64,000 bases of DNA from Nitrososphaerota archaeon (GCA_041641295.1 JBEPYO010000001.1:768001-832000), one strand, 5' to 3'. Shown: positions 29,193 to 39,193, counted from the first letter of the stretch. Program-made: numbers and translations. Notes: a model not told the origin generated them from the letters alone.

Positions 29193-30479
29193 TTATGGTG
29201 TCGGCGCCCTACATGATGTTCTTACATTAGCACCCTCATACCACCACTTACAGACATAAACTACACCTTGGGCTTCAGGGGATAAGAGGTCCTCCTCCTG
29301 ATAGTTATTCCCAGTGACTAGGCCTTGGGCATTTAATACTTTGGTAGAGTAGACAATGTATCCCCCATACTGCCACTTCTGATCACCCTCATCCCTAACC
29401 CTTAAGGTGAATAGGCCGATGTAGGAGTCGCCCGGTGAGAGCCTATTCAAAGAGGTACTGAGTATGGTGGTGGTCAGTGTTACGTTGTCGTAGGCTATGA
29501 CCTCCAGCTGGACGTTAATGTTTCTCAGCGGCTCTGTATTATTACCTAGGCTCACTATGAATGGTATCGTGGCGTTTAGCTCGATGTCGCTCTCGCCTAG
29601 GAGTACCATTAGGTTTGGCTGGAGGGGGCTTATCTGGAGTGGTATGGGTGTAGGAATGACGAGTCGGGGGAGCGGGCCTATCTGCACAACCACATGACCG
29701 TTCGCCTCAACCCTAACCGGGCTTGGGCTAATGTTTGCACAGCTGCTCCCATCATACGAGCACTGTAGGGCCCTGACAATGTATACGCCTGGGACTATGT
29801 TGAATGCGAAGACGTCAGACATATCCTCTACGCTCGAGATGAATCGCGTGGCATATGCGGAGCCCTTACAGCCCTCCGCAAACTCTTCCTCCCTCAACGA
29901 GACACAGCCACGAATCATGTTCACGCTTTCTCCACGCTCCACCGCGACCTCGACCCTGTACCTGTATCCTAGGCTGACGTTGCTGAGCTGGACTACCAAG
30001 AGGTAGGGTAGGGCGTTTGGACCGATTGGCTCGCCGGATACGAAGCTGTTGCCCCTGAGTGTAGGGGCTCTCACCACGACCTTTTCATTGGGCTCGACAA
30101 AAAAGTTTAGAGACTTCACGACCACGGCGCCCGGTGGCATCTTAAACTCTGTGCCTTCGATTTTCTGTAGACCGATTCTGCTGCTCTCCACATAGAGGGT
30201 TGGAACACTAATCTCTACAGGCCCCTTATTCATCATTATGATGAATAGGCTTCTTTTACCGAAGGGGTTTATCTCCGGTGGCTGTAGGGTTGCGATGACT
30301 TCTAGCTTCTCGTTTAGCTTCTCGACCTCGAATTGGAGCCTCCTCGATACCTCGTCCATGAATATTGTCTGTATCTGCTGTATGTAGAGCCACATGGGGA
30401 TCATGACTGTGAAAAATATCATAACGGCAATCGCGGTACCGACGACGGCCGAGACACCTGAGCGCCTCCTACTCCTCAC
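29193..30479 (-). CDS. Large pilin-like protein, family B (divergent)
   Basis: MRSRRRSG|VSAVVGTAIAVMIFFTVMIPMW. TLRGNSF...PYLLVV resembles TGRGRLF...PYTLTV of the duplicated family B genes. Confidence 0.75.
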   Translation of the reverse strand: MRSRRRSGVSAVVGTAIAVMIFFTVMIPMWLYIQQIQTIFMDEVSRRLQFEVEKLNEKLEVIATLQPPEINPFGKRSLFIIMMNKGPVEISVPTLYVESSRIGLQKIEGTEFKMPPGAVVVKSLNFFVEPNEKVVVRAPTLRGNSFVSGEPIGPNALPYLLVVQLSNVSLGYRYRVEVAVERGESVNMIRGCVSLREEEFAEGCKGSAYATRFISSVEDMSDVFAFNIVPGVYIVRALQCSYDGSSCANISPSPVRVEANGHVVVQIGPLPRLVIPTPIPLQISPLQPNLMVLLGESDIELNATIPFIVSLGNNTEPLRNINVQLEVIAYDNVTLTTTILSTSLNRLSPGDSYIGLFTLRVRDEGDQKWQYGGYIVYSTKVLNAQGLVTGNNYQEEDLLSPEAQGVVYVCKWWYEGANVRTSCRAPTP

Positions 30480-30486
30480 CCTTCCA

Positions 30487-31017
30487 TCACCCCGCTATGT
30501 TGGTTCTGGTGGTTGTGGTGGTGATTGTTACGGTGTAGGTGCTTGTGGAGGTTGTTGTCGTGGTTGTGGACATGGTACGTGTGAGGGGGGCGGAGGTGGT
30601 GGTGTAGGTAGTTGTTGTAGTCGTGGTCGGCGCTGTAACAGTTGTCGTCATATAGACTGTTCTCGTGGTCGCCGTAGTGGTCACGGTATATCTTGTAACC
30701 CATGCTGTTGCAGTGGTTGTTGAAGTACCTGAAGTGATGGTAGAGGTTATCCTAGTTGTCGTTGTTCGCGTTAAAGTTCCACTGGTGAGGGTTGTAGTAG
30801 TTATACGGATTATCGTACTTGTGGTGGTAGTGGTCCCCTCTCTTTCTGTGGTGGTTGTTAATGCGGTAACCCAGGTGGTCGTGGTGGTGGTTGTGGTTGT
30901 TGTGGTGGTGACTACTCTTAAGGTCTGCGCCAGACCCGTTAGGCTGAGCCCAAGTATTGTCAGAATCGCCAGAGTAATTGTGAGTGCGCGGAGTCTCCTC
31001 ACCCTATCCTCGACCAA
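30487..31017 (-). CDS. Secreted Thr-rich low-complexity protein
   Basis: N-terminal signal/TM helix followed by ~140 residues dominated by Thr runs; in the pilin operon. Confidence 0.6.
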   Translation of the reverse strand: MVEDRVRRLRALTITLAILTILGLSLTGLAQTLRVVTTTTTTTTTTTTWVTALTTTTEREGTTTTTSTIIRITTTTLTSGTLTRTTTTRITSTITSGTSTTTATAWVTRYTVTTTATTRTVYMTTTVTAPTTTTTTTYTTTSAPLTRTMSTTTTTTSTSTYTVTITTTTTRTNIAG

Positions 31018-32738
31018 ACACCCCTCAGCCTCCTACCCACGGGATACAGTAATAATGGCCCTAGGGATAGATAAAGCAAAACCTGCCAGACAAATGGCCA
31101 ATCACTCGGAGAAGCCGAAGAGACTGGCAAAGACACCCCTTGGCCACTAGACGCCCCTCCAGTCGCAGTAGTGGTGGTGGTCGTGGTAGTCGTGGTGGTT
31201 ACTGTCACAACGACCGTGTTTGTGAATGTCCGCGTGAGTGTGATTGTTGTGGTATAGCGTGTCGTGGTGGATGTGGTTGTCTGGGTGATGGTGGGGCTGT
31301 AAACCGTTACCGTGGCCCACACCGTGCTCGTAGTTACTGATGTGATTGTGGCGGTAAATGACGTCGTGGTACGGGTGATTATCCTTGTTGTGGTTGTACT
31401 CCGCACGGTCGTGTAGGATATGAGGGTTCTTGTGGATGTGGTGGTTGTGGATGGCGTAGTTACTGTAATGGTTCTGGTGGTGGTCGTGGTGGTCCTGCTA
31501 GTTGTGCCCGGTATCTTGGTGGTTATGGTTGAGGTGGTTGTCTGAGTCTCGGTAACTGTCTTGGTCACGGTGGTGGTCGTGGTTGTTACCGGAGTTACGT
31601 CAGTCGTCCTCACGACTATCCATCCTATGTCGAAGACGTTTACAGGCCTGTCGAGAACAATGCTGTACTGGTCAATGTAGAGGGCGAGGCTCCCAAGCTC
31701 GACCGAGGTCCTCAATACACCCCTCGAGATAAGTACCCCATTACAGTCATAGATCTCTACTGCCAGCTCGTAGTTTCCATCCTCCCAGAACCCCACTGAA
31801 AGTATAACCTCGTCAATCCGCATCCTCTCCAAGTCTATCCGCATCTTCGAATAGTCTACATAGTTGCCGAAACTGTTAGGATACCCCCAAGACGGGGGAA
31901 CAATCGTGAAATCTGGCATAAGGGACTGGAACGTGAATGTAAGCGGCGGCTCCAAGCCGCCCCTGTCAAGCTGAACATAGACCTCCTGCGGAAGGGCACC
32001 CGAAACACTAGCAGTGCCTTGCGCCTCCACACCATTCCTATCCCGGACAACTACGCGAAAGTCGTATGAGGAGCGCGGAGCGCTCGCATTGAGAAGCCTG
32101 ACCTTGACGAAGTCTGTCGACTGGCCGTAGATGTTATCCTCCTTCGGGTCTATCAGCTCTATCAGGAGCCAGTTCTCGGTCGGCAACACACATCCGCTGG
32201 CCAGCCCGTAATTCGGCCGAGAAGCCTCAAACGTCGCGACCTTGAATAATAGTACCTCGTTGTCGGGTTTCGAGAGGCCTGGGTTTGAGGGGTCGTAGAG
32301 CTGCTCCGGAATATAGTGTACCTGAACAAGCAGCCTGTCATTCTCGCTACAAGTCCCAGTGGGACAGCGGAAAACCAGCTGGCCTGCCTCACCTACATTG
32401 AGGCGCGCCAGATCGTCTATTCCAGTGTCATAGACCACTGTGCCGTTTTTAATTGTTAGTATCCGAAAGATAATTATAGGCTCCCTCCCAGTGTTTCTAA
32501 GCAGCATTATTCCCCTATCAGCGTAGCCATAGATCATGTCTGGGTAGTAGACATAATCCGCACCTATGTTCGAGCGCAGCACTAGGGCCTGGTCACCCAC
32601 CTTTCTAACCTCCTCCTGCCTCCACAGGCCCGCGTAGCTTGAGATTAAGGCCCACAAAGCTATTCCAGCAGCGAGAACTACCCCTAACACAAGCACTGTG
32701 GCGAGGATATCACTATACCCCCGCCCACCCCGCCCCAC
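30999..32738 (-). CDS. Pilin-like surface protein with Thr-rich stalk and C-terminal TM anchor
   Basis: GRG|YSDILATVLVLGVVLAAG N-terminus, VHYIPEQLYDP motif, Thr-rich region, C-terminal WPFVWQVLLYLSLGPLLLYP followed by basic residues. Confidence 0.7.
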   Translation of the reverse strand: MGRGGRGYSDILATVLVLGVVLAAGIALWALISSYAGLWRQEEVRKVGDQALVLRSNIGADYVYYPDMIYGYADRGIMLLRNTGREPIIIFRILTIKNGTVVYDTGIDDLARLNVGEAGQLVFRCPTGTCSENDRLLVQVHYIPEQLYDPSNPGLSKPDNEVLLFKVATFEASRPNYGLASGCVLPTENWLLIELIDPKEDNIYGQSTDFVKVRLLNASAPRSSYDFRVVVRDRNGVEAQGTASVSGALPQEVYVQLDRGGLEPPLTFTFQSLMPDFTIVPPSWGYPNSFGNYVDYSKMRIDLERMRIDEVILSVGFWEDGNYELAVEIYDCNGVLISRGVLRTSVELGSLALYIDQYSIVLDRPVNVFDIGWIVVRTTDVTPVTTTTTTVTKTVTETQTTTSTITTKIPGTTSRTTTTTTRTITVTTPSTTTTSTRTLISYTTVRSTTTTRIITRTTTSFTATITSVTTSTVWATVTVYSPTITQTTTSTTTRYTTTITLTRTFTNTVVVTVTTTTTTTTTTTATGGASSGQGVSLPVSSASPSDWPFVWQVLLYLSLGPLLLYPVGRRLRGVWSRIG

Positions 32739-32742
32739 CTAC

Positions 32743-33885
32743 CTACACCTCCTCAACCCCTATCACTACTCTGTATATGTCGGTGAGAGGGGTCGAGGGG
32801 ATATCTATAAACACGGAGTCCGTGAATATCCCACGAGGTATGCGTACAGTAACTGACCTAGAGACGAGCTGGACTCCATTACAGTCGTATAATGTCACCG
32901 TCACTCTATAGTTGCCGCCTACGACGTCGTTAACTCCCAGCTCCACCTCTACTACATTAACATTCATATTAGCGTCTGACCAGAGCGTGACGCCGGATGC
33001 ATGTGCCTTTCCAGGTATTCCGCCGAAAACCCATTCCTCCTGTACAACGTCATATCCCGCCGAGAGGACCCGTACTGTTAAGGGTACTTGAAGTCCAGAG
33101 AAGCTGCCAGCGAAGGGCTGTAGCACATTACTTATAGTCTGGACATCACTTGTTGCGAAGCCATATTCACCCATCGCGTCAATCACTTGCAGGTCGACGG
33201 TAGTAGAGTCGCTTGCGGAGGCGTATGGGAATCGCACATATACCTTGTTATTGGGTGGGGGTGGGATCTTCCCCGAGTCGGTATAGGTGACCGGGTCTAC
33301 GACATCAACCATCATCCAATTAGATGGCAGTGGGCAACGTGCAGGCGCCCCGACTGGCGGATGGACGAAGACTGTCTCAACATACCGCATCTCATCCACT
33401 GAGAGGATTGGGTTCTCCTCGTTGAATAGGCCTGCGGCGACATACCATACCCGCAGCCTTAAGGTCTCTAGTGATGTGCAGGAGCTACACGCGGGGACGG
33501 AGCTTCTGTCAAGTTCTATGGCTTGCTGCGGCTGAAGCTCGGCTATTCTCGTGAACCCGTTTGAGGGGAATGAAGCCTTCAAAGACCCTGAAGGTGACAC
33601 GATCTCTATCCTCGTAACAACGACGGGTACATCGGCGATATTCCTTACAGTAACATTCCTCACATCGCCTGTATAGAATACCCTCTCAAAGGATAGTTGT
33701 GCGGAGGTCTTAACAAGTAGTATAGCCCTGTTGGCCTCGTTAGTCGATGACTGAAGCGATACACCCAACCACCCCGAGGCTACAGCTAGTATGAATACTC
33801 CGACGCCGACGGTGAGGGCTGTCAGTAATATAGCTCCGATTACGGTATCGCCCCTCCTTCTACGGCTCGCCCTACCGTCGGTCAA
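32743..33885 (-). CDS. Pilin-like protein (family A N-domain plus extra beta domain)
   Basis: RRRRG|DTVIGAILLTALTVGVG, VTVRNI, VWYVAAGLFN. Shares the C.LP..W...++DP motif with 30999-32738. Confidence 0.72.
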   Translation of the reverse strand: MTDGRASRRRRGDTVIGAILLTALTVGVGVFILAVASGWLGVSLQSSTNEANRAILLVKTSAQLSFERVFYTGDVRNVTVRNIADVPVVVTRIEIVSPSGSLKASFPSNGFTRIAELQPQQAIELDRSSVPACSSCTSLETLRLRVWYVAAGLFNEENPILSVDEMRYVETVFVHPPVGAPARCPLPSNWMMVDVVDPVTYTDSGKIPPPPNNKVYVRFPYASASDSTTVDLQVIDAMGEYGFATSDVQTISNVLQPFAGSFSGLQVPLTVRVLSAGYDVVQEEWVFGGIPGKAHASGVTLWSDANMNVNVVEVELGVNDVVGGNYRVTVTLYDCNGVQLVSRSVTVRIPRGIFTDSVFIDIPSTPLTDIYRVVIGVEEV

Positions 33886-34080
33886 GCAACTACTATCCCC
33901 CCTATTCCCGGATGGGTTATATAGGCGTTTTTAGTAAGTCCCAGTCGGGCAGTTTGTGACTTGATAATCAGATTTACCGACTTGCTAAACATGGTTGAAA
34001 AGTTTTGGTTTTTTATAGTGATTGGCCACAAGGTTTTAGAGGATTGTTAATATATCCCCCCGATGAACTAACTTTCTTAG

Positions 34081-35736
34081 ATGGATAGAATGCGTCGCTT
34101 AGCACTCCTAAGACTACTTGTCATTCCCATCGTAATGGTAGTTGCACTGTCGTTTGTTTCGTGGTTCATTGGTGGAGAACCATTAAGCGTATTGATTAGC
34201 AGAGCCTTAGCCCTTGAAGAGGTTGTCGGAGGCTATGTAGCGCATGTTCTCACGGGCCTGCTTATTGGGGCGATAAATGCCCTTGTTCTGCATAGAGTTA
34301 TCCGGGTTTGGATCGCTTACTTTGTTGGTGCTATTGTCGGCTGGGCTTTAGCCCTAACATTAGTTATGATGACCACACCTCTGGCTCCACCCTTCATTCT
34401 ACAGTGGGTTGCAGGCCTCGGAGCGTTCATCGCCACACTCGCTGGGCTTGTGTGGTTTCTATCTGGTGGTATTGTAAAGTTTCCAATAGGGCAGGCACAA
34501 GTGAGTAGACAGTCTGTCCAGCTGCCTCAACCATCACAAACACCTACTACGCCTGTAACGGAAAAACAGGAGCCCCCGCCTCAGCCATCTAAGGAGTCAA
34601 CACCAGCTCCTCCACCCATCACCGAAGCAACACCCCTGCCAACTCCGAAGGCTGAGCCAACACCCCCTCCACCCACTACACAACCTCCTCCTCAGACAGC
34701 ACAGACAGCCCCACCCCCACCAGCACAACCAGCCACTCCACCACCTCCATCCGAGCCCGCACGGAGCATCGAAGAGATTGAGGAAGCAATGGTAGAGATT
34801 ATCGCTGAAGAGGGAATCACGGAGATTATTCCACTCCCTAACAACACCTCACCGGAAGGCGGCTCCTACCCTGACCTAGAGTCGCTACTAAATATAGACA
34901 CAACAATGCTTCTCCGGGCCATAAGAAGGCTCATCGACAAGAATATGGTCAGGATAGCGGGGGTGGAGTTTAAGAAGGTTGCATGCCCCCACTGCCAGAG
35001 CGCCCTCAACATCTTGACTCTGAGTTGTAGGGCATGCGGGTCGACGAATATTGGGAGGCAGAGAATACTACAACATGAGACCTGCGGGTATCTTGGTCCT
35101 GAGGACAGCTTCACTGTTGGAGGCCGGGCGTTATGTCCGCGCTGCGGTAGCAGTGTCAAAATATTGAGGAGCCCGCTCGAGGAGGAGCATGAGCAGGTGC
35201 TCAAGGTACACTCAAGCTTCTTCATCTGCTACGACTGCAACGAAGTCAGCCCCGACCCACACATCTCCTTCAGATGCCTCACATGCGGACTAGACTATGA
35301 CCTGACCAGCTTCGAGTTCAAGACATTCTATAGATACGCCGTCAACCCCGACGTGATAAGCGGGCTACAAGAGCAGAAGCGCCCGCTCAAACTTATCGCG
35401 GACGAGCTCAGAAAGCAGGGATACGAGGTTCAGCTCGGAGCTAGGATTTCAGGCACCTCCAAGGTCAAGCATAAGGTTGACCTAATTTACAGTCGTCTGG
35501 GACAGCCCAAGGGAGCTGTCTTTCTATTCACTGAAAGGGGAGGAGCAAAGATCCATGACGTGATGAAGATAATAGTCATGAAGGCTGACACCAAGATAGA
35601 CAACATCAAGATACTCTGCCTCGGGCAGCTTGACAACGATTCGAAGAGACTTGCCGAACTCTACAACATATCAATAATTGAGAACATAGCGGCGAAAGAC
35701 CTGGGAAGCGAGGTTATACCGCGCCTAGTTTCCTGA
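34081..35736 (+). CDS. Membrane protein with Pro-rich linker, TackOD1-like multi-zinc-ribbon domain and degenerate restriction-endonuclease-fold C-terminus
   Basis: Four TM helices; P/T/Q-rich linker; CPHC, CRAC, HETC, CPRC, CYDC, CLTC; ISGTSKVKHKVDL. Confidence 0.7.
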   Translation: MDRMRRLALLRLLVIPIVMVVALSFVSWFIGGEPLSVLISRALALEEVVGGYVAHVLTGLLIGAINALVLHRVIRVWIAYFVGAIVGWALALTLVMMTTPLAPPFILQWVAGLGAFIATLAGLVWFLSGGIVKFPIGQAQVSRQSVQLPQPSQTPTTPVTEKQEPPPQPSKESTPAPPPITEATPLPTPKAEPTPPPPTTQPPPQTAQTAPPPPAQPATPPPPSEPARSIEEIEEAMVEIIAEEGITEIIPLPNNTSPEGGSYPDLESLLNIDTTMLLRAIRRLIDKNMVRIAGVEFKKVACPHCQSALNILTLSCRACGSTNIGRQRILQHETCGYLGPEDSFTVGGRALCPRCGSSVKILRSPLEEEHEQVLKVHSSFFICYDCNEVSPDPHISFRCLTCGLDYDLTSFEFKTFYRYAVNPDVISGLQEQKRPLKLIADELRKQGYEVQLGARISGTSKVKHKVDLIYSRLGQPKGAVFLFTERGGAKIHDVMKIIVMKADTKIDNIKILCLGQLDNDSKRLAELYNISIIENIAAKDLGSEVIPRLVS

Positions 35737-35781
35737 TAGTCAGTGGAATAGGCTGCTGTGGTCGCTCAAAGTATGGATTTC

Positions 35782-36339
35782 TCACCCACTCTTCCACAGC
35801 ATGTAACACCTGATCTCCTCGAAGAATAGGTGCTTAGACGCGACGAGTCGCAGGTTCAAGCCTTTCTCCCCTGCGTGTTTGGTGATGGCTTCATCGTTTC
35901 CGAGGGTCGAGGCTATGAGTACCAGTTTTGCCCCGGCCGCCAAGAAATCTCCAGCCTCGTCTATGAGGCTGATTGCGAACTCGGCTCCGGTCTGTCCGCC
36001 CTCGGTTGTGATGTCTGAGGTGTTTTCGCTTGGCAGGTATGGAGGGTTTGAGGCTATCAGGCTTATCTTGCTGGATGGGCGGAGGGCTTTGAGTTTGTCG
36101 CCGACTATTACGTGGACGCGGCTTAGGAGGCGTGAGCAGTTCTCGAGGGTGCTTCTTGCTGCGGCCTCGCTTATGTCTATGGCTATGACCTCGAAGCCCC
36201 TCTCAGCTATGTGCTTGGAGACAACGCCGCTTCCACTCCCCACCTCCACAACCACTCCCTCGAACGTCAGGTCTGAGAGGCAGTCTACCAAGAGCCAAGT
36301 ATCCTCTGCAGGCCGGTAGACCGGGGGTTCAGCGCCCAT
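35782..36339 (-). CDS. HemK2/MTQ2-family protein (release factor) glutamine methyltransferase
   Basis: VYRPAEDTWLL, EVGSGSG, NPPYLP, LFFEEI. Confidence 0.9.
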   Translation of the reverse strand: MGAEPPVYRPAEDTWLLVDCLSDLTFEGVVVEVGSGSGVVSKHIAERGFEVIAIDISEAAARSTLENCSRLLSRVHVIVGDKLKALRPSSKISLIASNPPYLPSENTSDITTEGGQTGAEFAISLIDEAGDFLAAGAKLVLIASTLGNDEAITKHAGEKGLNLRLVASKHLFFEEIRCYMLWKSG

Positions 36340-36465
36340 GTACACACCCGTCGACAATACATGGTGTAGCGGGCTTTAGAGCCTAGCTGCCTAGAGGGGG
36401 TGGTGAGTAAAAATTATAAATGCGTCTCTAGAGAATTTCATGACTACTGCAGGTGATTAGAGGTC

Positions 36466-37359
36466 TTGTATCCTAGAAAGTTTAGCTATGTGGCTCCTAG
36501 CAGGGTTGAAGAGGTGCTGAGACTGCTTAAAAGATACGGCGATGAGGCAAAAATCCTAGCTGGAGGTCATAGCCTCCTACCCATGATGAAGCTCAGGATA
36601 GTTGGCCCCCGCGTAGTTATCGACTTGAGAAATCTCAGGGATAGGCTGGCGTATATCAGGGATGGGGCCAGGGCGGTGAGGATAGGCGCCCTAACTACAC
36701 ATGCCGAGATCGAGCTCTCCGACATGCTTAAACGCGAGGTCCCACTGCTACCCGAGGTAGCCAGATGGATCGGTGATATGCAGGTGAGGAATATGGGCAC
36801 GATTGGCGGTTCTTTAGCCCACGCAGACCCCGCGGCAGACTGGCCAGTCGCCATGCTGGCCCTCAACGCGACATTCACAATTCAGGGGGCTCGCAAGAGG
36901 GCCGTCCCCGCCTCAAAATTCTTCAAAGGCCCATTCACCACCGTCCTCAAACCCTCCGAGCTCCTGACAGAGATAACGATACCTAAGCCGCCGAAGGGTC
37001 ATGGATGGTCTTGGAAGAAGTTTGAGAGGAAGGCGGGCGACTTCGCGACGGTAAACGTTGCTGTGATTGCTGTTCCAGACGGCAGGGGCCAAGTCAGGGA
37101 CATATCGATCGCCGTGGGCTCTGTGAATCCTGTGCCCTACAGGGCTGTTAATGCAGAGAAGATGCTCCGGGGAAAGAGACCCGACTCCGAGTTGTTGAAG
37201 GCGGCGGCTGAGGCGGCTGCAGAGCCTGCTGAGCCGACCAGCGACTTGAGGGGCTCGGCCGAGTACAAGAAGTGGCTGACAAAGGTTATGGTTAGGAGGG
37301 CTCTCGAAGAAGCTTTAAACAGAGCCGGTATAACTGTGGAGGTGGTTCAGCATGCCTAG
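36466..37359 (+). CDS. coxM: CO dehydrogenase / xanthine dehydrogenase family FAD-binding medium subunit
   Basis: [49 protein letters not shown]. Confidence 0.9.
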   Translation: MYPRKFSYVAPSRVEEVLRLLKRYGDEAKILAGGHSLLPMMKLRIVGPRVVIDLRNLRDRLAYIRDGARAVRIGALTTHAEIELSDMLKREVPLLPEVARWIGDMQVRNMGTIGGSLAHADPAADWPVAMLALNATFTIQGARKRAVPASKFFKGPFTTVLKPSELLTEITIPKPPKGHGWSWKKFERKAGDFATVNVAVIAVPDGRGQVRDISIAVGSVNPVPYRAVNAEKMLRGKRPDSELLKAAAEAAAEPAEPTSDLRGSAEYKKWLTKVMVRRALEEALNRAGITVEVVQHA

Positions 37360-37912
37360 GCGTAGAGTTCAGAGGCGCCGGACAAGACAGGCGGCTGAGA
37401 CAGTATATGACATGGTGCCGGTGAGGGTGAAGATCAATGGTGTCGAGTATTCCCACATGGTTGAGCCGAGGCTCCTTCTAGTGAACTACATCAGGGACGT
37501 GGTGGGTCTTACGGGAACGCATGTGGGCTGCGACACGTCCCACTGCGGTGCGTGCACTGTGCTGGTGAAGGGTCTGTGGGGTGATGGGTGGATGGCTGTC
37601 AAGTCATGCACCCTGCTAGCTACCCAGGTTGATGGGAAGGAGATACTGACGATAGAGGGGCTGGCCAAGAATGGTGAGCTTCACCCACTCCAGAAGGCCT
37701 TCTGGGAAAATCACGGCCTCCAATGCGGCTTCTGCACTCCGGGCATGATCATGGCAGCCCTCGGCCTACTCCTCAGAAACCCCAACCCAACACGGGAGGA
37801 GATCAAGTGGGGCATCAGCGGAAACCTCTGCAGATGCACAGGATACGTCAACATCATCAAGTCGATAGAGGCGGCAGCCAAGGAGATGCGGGAAAAAGGA
37901 GTGACAATATAG
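37352..37912 (+). CDS. coxS: CO dehydrogenase family [2Fe-2S] small subunit
   Basis: [32 protein letters not shown]. Confidence 0.92.
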   Translation: MPRRRVQRRRTRQAAETVYDMVPVRVKINGVEYSHMVEPRLLLVNYIRDVVGLTGTHVGCDTSHCGACTVLVKGLWGDGWMAVKSCTLLATQVDGKEILTIEGLAKNGELHPLQKAFWENHGLQCGFCTPGMIMAALGLLLRNPNPTREEIKWGISGNLCRCTGYVNIIKSIEAAAKEMREKGVTI

Positions 37913-38002
37913 CGTCAAACCCCTTCTGCCGGAATACTTTCTCAAGCTGACACCAGTCCTGAAAGCCTACAACCCTTTTTGTCGCCAGTTTACGTATAAA
38001 AA

Positions 38003-38884
38003 TTGGGTAAACCGTTAGTATCCGAGCGTCCAGCGATGGCTATTTTCACCGATCTCTTCTCGCTGACCAAGCCGAAAATCACTCTGCTCAACATAGGCTC
38101 AGCGATCTCCTGCTACGTTCTAGCAGGTGGCGGCCTCTGGGGTTCCGCCCTCCTCTTCCTCACCGGCTACCTCGCGTCAGGCGGGTCAAGCATGCTGAAC
38201 AACTATCTCGACAGGGATATCGACGGCCTCATGAGGAGGACTGCGAAGAGGCCGCTCCCAAGCGGCAGGATATCGGATAGAATTGTCTTGGCCCTAGGCC
38301 TCATCTTCTCCGCGGCATCTGTGGTCGCGGCGTGGATATTTTTCAACCCGCTGACAGCCCTCATGATCGCCGCTGGAATACTCACCTACGTCGTAGTCTA
38401 TACGAGCCTGTTGAAGAGGAGGACGGACTGGAACATAGTGATCGGAGGCGCCGCTGGCTCATTTCCACCCCTCGCAGGCTGGGCCGCCGCAACCAACACA
38501 ATAGGCCTCGAGGCGGTCTTGGTGGCTCTTCTAATCTTCCTATGGACACCGGGGCACTTCTGGGCACTCGCCATCAGAGCTGAAAACGACTACAGGTCTG
38601 CACGCCTCCCCATGCTCCCAGTCACAAAAGGGTTGGACCAAGCAGTGACAGGTATCGCGGCGTCGAACGCCTTGATGATTGCCAGCTGGGCCCTACTATC
38701 AATGACTATAAACCCGCCCACAATCTTCCTACTGGTCACAACACCTCTCACCGTCCTCATAGCATACTACACCGCAGCATTAATCAGGAATAAGAGTAGG
38801 GAGGATTCCTGGAGGCTCTTCAAGGCCACGAGCCCCTGGCTCCTCATAATACAGCTGGGCCTAATAATGGCAAGAATCATCTAA
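38003..38884 (+). CDS. cyoE: Protoheme IX farnesyltransferase (heme O synthase)
   Basis: LTKPKI, NNYLDRDIDGLMRRTAKRPLPSG, YT..LKRRT..NIVIGG.AG..PPL.GW, WTPGHFWALA, DY....LPMLP. Confidence 0.92.
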   Translation: MGKPLVSERPAMAIFTDLFSLTKPKITLLNIGSAISCYVLAGGGLWGSALLFLTGYLASGGSSMLNNYLDRDIDGLMRRTAKRPLPSGRISDRIVLALGLIFSAASVVAAWIFFNPLTALMIAAGILTYVVVYTSLLKRRTDWNIVIGGAAGSFPPLAGWAAATNTIGLEAVLVALLIFLWTPGHFWALAIRAENDYRSARLPMLPVTKGLDQAVTGIAASNALMIASWALLSMTINPPTIFLLVTTPLTVLIAYYTAALIRNKSREDSWRLFKATSPWLLIIQLGLIMARII

Positions 38885-39017
38885 TAGGCAAGTCTTTGAT
38901 ACCCACGCCTCTTCTAAGATCTCACCACATAATGGGGACAATTCCTATGACACCCTAGACACTAGCGTCTCCCGCATCCTTGACAGGAAAACAGTAGTGC
39001 ATTGTCTGGTAAAAATG

Positions 39018-39110
39018 TGCTCCGGCCGGGATTTGAACCCGGGTCTCCGGCTCTCTCCGCATCTCTGGCCCGAAAGGCCGGCATACTTGTCCGGGCTATA
39101 CTACCGGAGC
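39018..39110 (-). tRNA. tRNA-Glu(TTC) with 18-nt intron (39053-39070) at position 37/38
   Basis: Minus strand GCTCCGG...CCGGC-CT-TTC-G[GGCCAGAGATGCGGAGAG]A-GCCGG...GGTTCAAATCC...CCGGAGCA. Confidence 0.93.
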
Positions 39111-39193
39111 TCAGCCTAGGGTTAGAAGAGTGGGTGGTGTTTAATAGACTTATATGTGTGGAGAAAAATGATGTGGTTTAGAAGGTTTGAGGC

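Larger units (their letters stand above)
25436..29405 (+). repeat. Tandem duplication of a ~1.95-kb two-gene pilin cassette (copy 1 ~25436-27390, copy 2 ~27393-29405)
   Basis: Paired ORFs align end to end. Both copies begin near GTTAATCAGT, and copy 1 ends in a remnant of the sequence that follows copy 2. Confidence 0.9.

Noticed and set aside
30480-31600. Dense GTG/GTT/GTA triplet repeats and opposite-strand Val-rich ORFs (e.g. 30665-31150)
   Set aside because: They are Thr codon runs of the minus-strand genes, not a CRISPR or satellite array. The + ORFs are shadows.
33945-33985. Imperfect inverted repeat AGTCGG...CCGACT in the divergent promoter region
   Set aside because: Short, single instance; cannot be distinguished from chance.
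34500-34760. C-rich repetitive stretch
   Set aside because: It encodes the Pro-rich linker of 34081-35736.
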